From a virus: DNA of 64,000 bases. The stretch lies in IMG/VR virus record IMGVR_UViG_3300032360_001735, positions 6,411-70,410 of that record; one strand, 5' to 3'. The position numbers and the translations under genes are program-made. Under the pieces are notes generated by a model. The model had not been told where the DNA came from, did not search any database, and saw only the letters and a list, made by a program, of their open reading frames with translations. Shown here piece after piece: positions 57,355 to 64,000 of this stretch (positions are counted from its first letter, which is position 1; each line of letters begins with the position of its first letter).

Positions 57355-57774
57355 ATGAGCAGTGAACACCCAGAAGCAGCCATGTACAATGAGCTAGCAA
57401 AGAATATGGAATTCCACGAGTCCAGCAGGCTAGCGTCTGAAGGAGAGGAGAGAGTGGCGTTGATTGACATTGACGAAACAATTTGCTTTTACTCAGGTAA
57501 ACGCAGGTATGACCTAGCGGAACCCCACAACGAGAACATTGCAAAAATAAATAAACTATACGACGATGGCTGGCACATTGTTTATTGGACCGCCAGAGGG
57601 GGGTCCGAAAAATCTAAGGCATCAGGAAAGTGTTATTATGATTTCACTTGGGAACAACTAGAATCTTGGGGGTGTAAGTTCCACGACTTATCTACAGGGA
57701 CGAAAGGAGAACACATAAAACCTCCTTATGATTTAATAGTTGACGACAAAGCGAAAAGGATTGAAGAATTATGA
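57355..57774 (+). CDS. HAD-superfamily phosphatase (capsule-biosynthesis-phosphatase-like)
   Basis: LIDIDETIC, YWTARG, KP..D..VDDK. Confidence 0.8.
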   Translation: MSSEHPEAAMYNELAKNMEFHESSRLASEGEERVALIDIDETICFYSGKRRYDLAEPHNENIAKINKLYDDGWHIVYWTARGGSEKSKASGKCYYDFTWEQLESWGCKFHDLSTGTKGEHIKPPYDLIVDDKAKRIEEL

Positions 57775-58005
57775 GATACATAAGAGTTCCATACATGAAA
57801 AGAAGACATTTCACCAGAAAAATCAGAGAAACAGAATCAGAAGTTTACCAACTCAAGAGGGAGGGAGACTGGCTGGGGGCCAGCCGCCTTCAACAACAAC
57901 TTCGCAATTGCTGGTGGGGGTATAGATGGCTTTTGTCGCATTAATTTTAAGCGTGGGGATAACCCTTGGTATAGGCATTCTCCTCGCTAAACTTATAGAA
58001 AAAAA

Positions 58006-58476
58006 ATGAATACTTTTACGAAATGGTTTTTGCTCAATTCTGTCGTGGCGACAGCAGCTTTCTTTGCTGAAACAAAAGGGGCGCTCTCCACGATGATCAA
58101 GAATGACGTTAGTCATCTAACTATTGTAATTATGATACTGTATGTTCTCCTTACGGCATTTGTCGGTAAGCTGTGTTATTTAGCGGATAGGCTAGACAAA
58201 AAGAAAGTTGAGCATGACGCGGTTAAGCTTTCCAAACAATCGGAGGTAGGCTGGTTTGCAGCGGAACACTTCTTTTCACTTGGCTTACTAGGTACCGTTT
58301 TTGGCCTATGCGTGGCGACAGCCACTAACCTTGACGAGACAGCGCAAGTGAGCGCCATTGTGGCGGGACTAAAGACTGGATTGAATACCGCGTTCTACAC
58401 TACCATCTGCGGTATTGTCTTCAGCCTACCACTGCAAGCTCAGCTGATGATTTTAAGATATAAACTAGAAGAATAA
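58006..58476 (+). CDS. MotA/TolQ/ExbB proton-channel family protein
   Basis: LGLLGTVFG and GLNTAFYTTICG TM motifs. Confidence 0.85.
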   Translation: MNTFTKWFLLNSVVATAAFFAETKGALSTMIKNDVSHLTIVIMILYVLLTAFVGKLCYLADRLDKKKVEHDAVKLSKQSEVGWFAAEHFFSLGLLGTVFGLCVATATNLDETAQVSAIVAGLKTGLNTAFYTTICGIVFSLPLQAQLMILRYKLEE

Positions 58477-58479
58477 ACA

Positions 58480-58686
58480 ATGATGTTATATAAATCAAAA
58501 TTAAATATCAAAGTCAGTGATTATATCGGAGCGTTAATACTTTGGTGTGTAGCTATAGTATGCACGTTAGGATTTGCAGCTATTCCATTTCAACTCTGGT
58601 TAGCTAAGGTGATTTTAGATAACTGGGAAATCGAAGCCGAAACTCGGTTTAGCAAGGGGGATTTTAAGCCGCCGCGGGAACAATGA
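58480..58686 (+). CDS. small membrane protein
   Basis: One hydrophobic helix, between the ExbB-like and ExbD-like genes. Confidence 0.55.
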   Translation: MMLYKSKLNIKVSDYIGALILWCVAIVCTLGFAAIPFQLWLAKVILDNWEIEAETRFSKGDFKPPREQ

Positions 58687-59291
58687 TTAACAGAGGATAT
58701 AAAAAATTCTTTTCATTCAGACCGTTTATCGACGTGCTGTTTTGTTGCCTGTTAATGCTTGTAGCTATTCTGTTTCTTCTCAAGAGCGAAGAAGAGCAAA
58801 CAAAAGTGCGCCCACCCAATGTACTGTATGAGGTTATTCTAACGTGGGACGGAAACAGCGAAGACGACTTGGACCTATACGTTAGATCGGCGTCTGGACA
58901 TACCGTAGCATTCAACAACAGGGAAGGTGGTCAAGGTAGCCTAATTAGCCTAGACCATGACGCGTTAGGCAAGCGCAGAAACAACAGCCTAGAGCAAGGA
59001 CTAGCGGGCACGGTTGTCGCCTTTAACGAAGAGGTGGTTTCCTTCAGGGGCGTGACAGAGGGGGAGAATATAGTCACGGTGCATGTCTACGCCAAGAGAG
59101 ACGACGAACCGACGAAAGGGACGATCAAGCTAATAAAAATTAAACCATTCAGAGAAGTAGTAGTCAAGGAAAGAGACTTTACCACCACTGGAGAAGAGAA
59201 GACCGCCTTCAGATTCAAAACAGACAAAGACGGAAACATCCTTGACGTAAACGAGTTAACCGCAAACCTAAGAGACCCATTACCACAGTGA
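58683..59291 (+). CDS. ExbD/TolR-like single-TM protein with YfaP-like extracytoplasmic domain
   Basis: PFIDVLFCCLL (intramembrane Asp); LTWD..DDLDLYV. Confidence 0.65.
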   Translation: MINRGYKKFFSFRPFIDVLFCCLLMLVAILFLLKSEEEQTKVRPPNVLYEVILTWDGNSEDDLDLYVRSASGHTVAFNNREGGQGSLISLDHDALGKRRNNSLEQGLAGTVVAFNEEVVSFRGVTEGENIVTVHVYAKRDDEPTKGTIKLIKIKPFREVVVKERDFTTTGEEKTAFRFKTDKDGNILDVNELTANLRDPLPQ

Positions 59292-59872
59292 GACTAGACC
59301 ACATAGCCTACAGAGTAGAAAACAGATACAAATCTGCTGGCTTTTTTACAGAGGCTTTCGGTTATAGTCTTGGCACAGAATTCCAAATAGAATTTGACGA
59401 TGGGTCCAAGGCGGACTGCATAGCTTTAGTGCCGCCAGAGACAAGACACTCAGACACTAACCTTTGGACCTATTTTTCTCTACAAGCTGACCCTCACGGT
59501 TCACACCTAAATTCCGCATATGGAGCAGCGGGAAGCATCAAGTCAGAATACCATGCACCACCAGAAATTTTTGTAAGCGATGGTTCTGAAGGCTCAATCG
59601 TCGGTGATTGGGTAAAGGCAAGAGGTGGGGTCGGAGGGGTGCACCACATAGCTTACCAAGTTGAAGACGTACAGGCGGTTATGAAGGAGTGGAAAGAAAA
59701 GGGGTATGCGGAATTTTACTCTGAAGAACCAATTATATGCAAAGACCCCGACTTAACGCAAGTATTCACTAAGCCATCAGAACTAACAGGAGTAATATAC
59801 GAATTTATTAACAGAGAAGGCGCGGGCTTTTGCAAAGACAGCGTTAAAAAATTAATGGAAAGCTCTAAATGA
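59288..59872 (+). CDS. VOC-family (HPPD-like) metalloenzyme
   Basis: LDHIAYRV, GVHHIAYQV, LTQVFT, YEFINR..GF. Confidence 0.8.
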   Translation: MRLDHIAYRVENRYKSAGFFTEAFGYSLGTEFQIEFDDGSKADCIALVPPETRHSDTNLWTYFSLQADPHGSHLNSAYGAAGSIKSEYHAPPEIFVSDGSEGSIVGDWVKARGGVGGVHHIAYQVEDVQAVMKEWKEKGYAEFYSEEPIICKDPDLTQVFTKPSELTGVIYEFINREGAGFCKDSVKKLMESSK

Positions 59873-60363
59873 TTTACGTGTTATACGGACAACCCGGATC
59901 AGGCAAGACCTCTTTAGGCACATTGTTAGCAAGTCATCTCGACACGCCATTCGTTATTGATGGAGATGAGTTCAGAGAAATGTTTACTAATAAAAATTAC
60001 GGCAGAGAGGGGCGCGAAGAAAATATTAGAAACGCGAATGCCGTAGCGACCTACCTAAACAAAAAAGGGAAAGATGGCAACTGGAAGGCGATTTACATTG
60101 ATGTAGCTGACGGCTGGAAAAGCCACCCCATCAATAAAGAAACCCACGTGGTTGTGTCTTTGGTAAATCCCTACAAGAATCTGCGGGACGAATTACGAGT
60201 CAATAATGGAAACGAAGTAGTTGAAGTTTTATTACTGTCGAACAGAGAACTAAGAAAAGAATATCACGTAAAAGACTTCGAGGCTGGACACACCGCCGGC
60301 ATAAATACAGACGGGGAAGTAGAAGACAGTTGGAATTATTTAAAAAAAATATTAAAGTTATGA
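59869..60363 (+). CDS. adenylylsulfate kinase-like P-loop protein
   Basis: GQPGSGKT, DGDEFR, GREENI. Confidence 0.75.
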   Translation: MIYVLYGQPGSGKTSLGTLLASHLDTPFVIDGDEFREMFTNKNYGREGREENIRNANAVATYLNKKGKDGNWKAIYIDVADGWKSHPINKETHVVVSLVNPYKNLRDELRVNNGNEVVEVLLLSNRELRKEYHVKDFEAGHTAGINTDGEVEDSWNYLKKILKL

Positions 60364-60695
60364 GGTCAGTCTTATTGGTGATAATGTTCTTATTGGTGGG
60401 ATGCAAGACGTATTATGCTCCCAACGGAAAGGCTTTCCCTAGAAGTTGGGGCAAGCCACCTGAGATGGGAACAAAAGATTATCGTCCACTACCTTATTGC
60501 TACGGGTATGGTAGTAGTACGCTTTATCATTGGATTTCGGAGAACAGGGGATATCAAAGCCCCAGCGGCAAACCTTTCCCCAGAAGTTGGGGTAAGCCAC
60601 CCGACATACAAACAACAGATGTTGTTCCTTTACCGTATGGCTATGGACATGGGAGCAGCACGCTACGAGGTTGGATAAATGGTAAAAGAAAGTGA
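60360..60695 (+). CDS. lipoprotein with two ~45-aa internal repeats
   Basis: LLVGC lipobox; GK.FPRSWGKPP..T.D..PLPY.YG.GSSTL..WI twice. Confidence 0.75.
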   Translation: MRSVLLVIMFLLVGCKTYYAPNGKAFPRSWGKPPEMGTKDYRPLPYCYGYGSSTLYHWISENRGYQSPSGKPFPRSWGKPPDIQTTDVVPLPYGYGHGSSTLRGWINGKRK

Positions 60696-60931
60696 CATTT
60701 TTGGCGGCAAGCAATGGACCAGAGAAGAACAGTTCGCAGACGAAATGGAAGCTCTTAAGTACCAAATGAAATATACGATACAAAGTCATAGAAGATTAAA
60801 GAAAGGCGAATGGAAGAAGATACAAGACTTTATTGATGGAATAGAAAAATGATTGAATACCTTTTATTACTGCAAATACCCTTTTATATAATTGCTGCGG
60901 GTGTTTGGTATATAGCGTGGAAGATGAAAAA

Positions 60932-61513
60932 ATGAATATAGCATTACCAATTTTGTTGTTGATATTTGGAGGCTTGACCTTTTGGGTTTTAAATGAGTCG
61001 TCTCTTAAATGGTACATAAAAACGGCCTGCATCACCGCCTTCTGCGCATTTACTGTCGTTTTCTATTCATCCATCCATTCCTTCTTAGGATGGCCCGCGA
61101 ATGAAGATGACATGCCCGAGAAGGTGCTCATGCACTGGGTTATAATCAAAGAGCCGAACAAGTTCGCAAAGTTTAATGGAGCCATTTATATACTAGCAGA
61201 GTCAGCCGAAAAAGAAACAAGTACTCTACGAAAATTTTTTGGGTACAGTGAAGACAGAATCGAGCCCAGACTGTACCAGCTAAAATATAACCGCAACCTG
61301 CACGAGCACCTACAAAAAAATATTATGCCTAAGCTTAAGTCTGGACGACCAGTATTTGGAAAACTAACCAAAGAGAAAAAAGAATCCAAGCTGGGGTTCG
61401 GTCCGGGCAAGAACCCCAACAAGGGTAAAGGTGATGGAAGTGAATCTCAAGAGCAGGAGTGGCACTTCCATGAGCTACTGCCCTCAGAAGTTCATAGGAA
61501 ACCAGAGAGGTAA
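60932..61513 (+). CDS. two-TM membrane protein with soluble C-terminal domain (likely partner of the ExbB/ExbD-like pair)
   Basis: Two N-terminal TMs, GWP, EPRLYQL.Y. Confidence 0.6.
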   Translation: MNIALPILLLIFGGLTFWVLNESSLKWYIKTACITAFCAFTVVFYSSIHSFLGWPANEDDMPEKVLMHWVIIKEPNKFAKFNGAIYILAESAEKETSTLRKFFGYSEDRIEPRLYQLKYNRNLHEHLQKNIMPKLKSGRPVFGKLTKEKKESKLGFGPGKNPNKGKGDGSESQEQEWHFHELLPSEVHRKPER

Positions 61514-61566
61514 ATAAATCTAAATTTCCTGAGCGAAACGACTATTATAAGGAAAGGAAAAACACT

Positions 61567-61647
61567 ATGGGAAGAGATAAAGCAAAACCGAAAAGAGAGA
61601 AAAAGAAGCCTAAGAAAGACAAAAAAAAGAAGAAAAAGAATAAGTAA
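61567..61647 (+). CDS. 26-aa lysine-rich micro-ORF
   Basis: MGRDKAKPKREKKKPKKDKKKKKKNK after an AGGA-type RBS; stop overlaps the next ATG. Confidence 0.45.
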   Translation: MGRDKAKPKREKKKPKKDKKKKKKNK

Positions 61648-62003
61648 TGGGAGAATGGACAGACTTAGCACCGGACATTTGTAGGCAGCGCCTCATCGTA
61701 GAAGGCACCCTGCATAATGTATTTTTGCCAGAGGACATGACTAAGTTCTGTAAGGAGATTACTACGGTTTTAGATATGACCGCAGTCACATCGCCTATTT
61801 GCAACCATGACTCACATTACGGCTGGTGCGCTTATATGCACTGGAAGGAGTCAGGTATGCATATCTATGCATGGGACAATAGAACTCCTAAATTCTTTTC
61901 GATTGATATATATACCTGCAAAGACTTCGAGCCCATGGATGTAATAAGATATACGCGTGAATTTTTTGGAGATAATTTAATAAAAATAGCTTGGAAAGAA
62001 TAG
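61647..62003 (+). CDS. S-adenosylmethionine decarboxylase-family pyruvoyl proenzyme
   Basis: WKESGMHIYAW (E|S cleavage site), SIDIYTCKDF. Confidence 0.8.
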   Translation: MGEWTDLAPDICRQRLIVEGTLHNVFLPEDMTKFCKEITTVLDMTAVTSPICNHDSHYGWCAYMHWKESGMHIYAWDNRTPKFFSIDIYTCKDFEPMDVIRYTREFFGDNLIKIAWKE

Positions 62004-62010
62004 TATAAGT

Positions 62011-62154
62011 ATGGCATCGAGGAAAACATTCGTCTACGAACACAAGCGCCACAAAAAGAAAACCCGCCAAGGCTGCAGCAACAGAAGCAAAGGCATGAAA
62101 AGATACAGGGGGCAAGGCGGCCCGCGTAAACGTTGTAAGTTACAAAAAAGATGA
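62011..62154 (+). CDS. small basic phage protein (47 aa, not in ORF track)
   Basis: MASRKTFVYEHKRHKKKTRQGCSNRSKGMKRYRGQGG...; stop overlaps the next start. Confidence 0.55.
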   Translation: MASRKTFVYEHKRHKKKTRQGCSNRSKGMKRYRGQGGPRKRCKLQKR

Positions 62155-63266
62155 AAGCTTTTGTATTTGGTACGGGCAGGATGGGAACGGCTATATCTTG
62201 GGCCGTAAAAGAGCTTGGCCTTGAGCTAGCCTGTGCAGATGTGGACCCTGACGCTTTTGACAGATGGGTTAGAGACATAGGACTCTTAACTGCGGATGAC
62301 GTAGACTTCTATCATGTCAAAGCAGACGGAGATTGGATTGGAACCCTTACGGAAGCCTCCCCTGACGTAGTTATATCTTCTCTACCTTACCACCAAACCG
62401 AAACGCTTGCTAGAATTTGTATTGATAATGGGTTCCGTTACTGTGATTTAGGCGGAAGAGTAGACGTGTCTCAGAGGATCAATGACTACGCAAAAGAGAA
62501 AGCCACAAAACCCGTCATGACCGACTTGGGTCTCGCCCCCGGCTGGGTTAATATCTTAGCGGAAGAAGGGTGTAGACAGATTCACGGACAAGCAGACGAA
62601 GTAGAAATGATGGTTGGAGGTTTGCCAGACTATTCACAAAGCACACACAATCCCTTACGTTACGCAGTTACTTGGTCAGTAGACGGATTAATTAACGAGT
62701 ACAAGGACGACTGCCTTATTCTTGAAGACGGTGAAATAAAGACAGTTAAAGGAATGGACGGACTGATAAGGGTGGAAGGAGAAAATTTTGGTCAAATGGA
62801 AGCCTTCTATACCAGCGGCGGAGCGTCGCACTCCATTCATTCCATGCGGTCAAAGGGAGTCAAGAATTGTTCTTACAGAACCTTAAGGTACCGAGGACAC
62901 AGAGACATAGTCAAATTTTTAATTAAAGATTGCGATTTAGACGACGAGACCTTAAACAATATTTTTGTTAAAGGTTGTGGGTTCGCGCATGAGGACGAGG
63001 TGTTTATCGTAGCGAAAGTGAAGGGTGGAGATAAAGCTTGGGGAAGAGAGAGAGTGATAAAGTTCGACGAAAACTTTTCTGCCATGCAAAAAGCCACGGC
63101 CTTCCCAATTAGTTCAGTCGCTGCTCTTATGGCAGAAGGAATTTTTGATGGGGATAAAGATCAACACAGAGATTACTATACCCAATACGGTAAAAGCTTA
63201 AACTACAGCGATATTCCATTTGATTTATTCAAAAAGAAACTTGAAATATTAGAAATAGAAACATGA
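62151..63266 (+). CDS. saccharopine dehydrogenase / lysine 6-dehydrogenase family protein
   Basis: GTGRMG, SSLPY, YCDLGG, DLGLAPG, VGGLP, WSVDGLINEY, EAFYTSGG, TLRYRGH. Confidence 0.9.
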   Translation: MKAFVFGTGRMGTAISWAVKELGLELACADVDPDAFDRWVRDIGLLTADDVDFYHVKADGDWIGTLTEASPDVVISSLPYHQTETLARICIDNGFRYCDLGGRVDVSQRINDYAKEKATKPVMTDLGLAPGWVNILAEEGCRQIHGQADEVEMMVGGLPDYSQSTHNPLRYAVTWSVDGLINEYKDDCLILEDGEIKTVKGMDGLIRVEGENFGQMEAFYTSGGASHSIHSMRSKGVKNCSYRTLRYRGHRDIVKFLIKDCDLDDETLNNIFVKGCGFAHEDEVFIVAKVKGGDKAWGRERVIKFDENFSAMQKATAFPISSVAALMAEGIFDGDKDQHRDYYTQYGKSLNYSDIPFDLFKKKLEILEIET

Positions 63267-64000
63267 AAAAGGTTTTAGTTACAGGAGTACTTGGCCAAGA
63301 CGGCGCTAACATGTGCGAGTTCTTACTGAAAGACCCCAACAACAGGGTTTTCGGTATGATACGTCGCGTATCCAATCCAAATTATGTAAACTGTAAAAGT
63401 TTTCTAGACAACCCTAACTTTCAGCTTGTCTATGGAGACTTAGGCGATGAATTTAGTATAGGGAAACTAGTGCAAGACATCCAGCCTGATTTCTTTATTA
63501 ATCTTGCTGCTAATTCATTTGTCGCCTGCAGTTGGGATATGCCGCAGCAAGTGATGGACACAAACGCCCTTGGGGTACTTAGATGCTTGGAAGCCATCAA
63601 GAACTATCAACCAAATTGCAGATTCTATTCTGCCGGATCAAGCGAAGAGTTCGGAAACATAGATTATTGCCCCCAAGACATGAAACACCCAATGAAGCCG
63701 CGTAGTCCTTACGGGGTTTCCAAATGTGCCGCGCACCATATGGTGAAAGTATACAGGGAGTCTTACGATATGTTTGCTGTCCATGGGGTGCTTTTTAACC
63801 ATGAAGGGACCAAGAGAGGGGAAGAGTTCGTAACTAGAAAAATCACCAAAGGAGTAGCTAGAATCTACCACAAGATCAGAAGCGTAGACAGCTGGAGGGG
63901 TCGCCATGGGGACGCCGCAAGATTTGACCCAATTGAACTTGGCAATCTTGACTCGAAAAGGGACTGGAGCGATAGCGAAGATTTTGTTGAGGGAATTTGG
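63263..64000 (+). CDS. gmd: GDP-mannose 4,6-dehydratase, truncated by the window end
   Basis: Manual translation MKKVLVTGVLGQDG...NLAANSFV..SW...SSEEFG...PRSPYGVSK...FNHE...FVTRKIT...LGNLDSKRDWSD. Confidence 0.93.
   Translation, partial: MKKVLVTGVLGQDGANMCEFLLKDPNNRVFGMIRRVSNPNYVNCKSFLDNPNFQLVYGDLGDEFSIGKLVQDIQPDFFINLAANSFVACSWDMPQQVMDTNALGVLRCLEAIKNYQPNCRFYSAGSSEEFGNIDYCPQDMKHPMKPRSPYGVSKCAAHHMVKVYRESYDMFAVHGVLFNHEGTKRGEEFVTRKITKGVARIYHKIRSVDSWRGRHGDAARFDPIELGNLDSKRDWSDSEDFVEGIW

Noticed and set aside
58006-59291. Canonical Zorya defence system or flagellar stator
   Set aside because: The A subunit is short with no long cytoplasmic tail, the B subunit lacks an OmpA-like domain, and there are no ZorC/D/E or flagellar genes.
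119-63907. Numerous 60-170 aa antisense ORFs in the track (e.g. 119..325, 3467..3916, 14139..14657, 31906..32277, 63638..63907)
   Set aside because: They are shadow ORFs opposite recognisable genes, with Ser/Phe/Leu-rich antisense composition and no motifs.
1-64000. Stop-codon reassignment (alternative genetic code), as in some jumbo phages
   Set aside because: Long conserved genes (ligase, nrdA, nrdB, ALDH) are intact in code 11, all three stops terminate genes, and no suppressor tRNA is present.
36552-64000. Bacterial chromosomal O-antigen or capsule locus
   Set aside because: No export or polymerase genes, it is interleaved with phage-type small ORFs, and it is contiguous with a phage-like replication/tRNA region with the same gene packing.

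Overview
Gene-dense 64 kb fragment of a large (jumbo-type) tailed bacteriophage genome, not a cellular chromosome. It has many short tightly overlapping ORFs, a phage-type ATP-dependent DNA ligase, thermonuclease, dNMP kinase, ribonucleotide reductase, four tRNAs, ribosomal protein bS21 and three sigma factors, with no recognisable capsid/tail genes in this window. The bS21, AcpS and repeat-lipoprotein sequences look Verrucomicrobiota/PVC-like to me, so an aquatic PVC host is a tentative inference. Genes run almost all on the minus strand from 1 to about 26.9 kb and on the plus strand from about 27 kb to the end. Just past the switch is a ~380-nt promoter-driven, hairpin-dense non-coding region (candidate large ncRNA or origin). 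The right half holds a ~20 kb glycan-synthesis island (GDP-fucose, heptose, many glycosyl- and methyltransferases), amino-acid/polyamine catabolic genes and an ExbB/ExbD-like ion-motor module. Other notable signals: a class Ic-type (Mn/Fe, tyrosyl-radical-less) RNR beta subunit; a GTGTAAWT-N6-start promoter-like motif implying leaderless transcripts; an exact polar 14-mer (GTATATCGTCCACC) at four intergenic sites; two CDSs whose stop codons lie inside tRNA genes; an ACP-domain/AcpS pair. All protein calls come from motif recognition by eye, with no database search.
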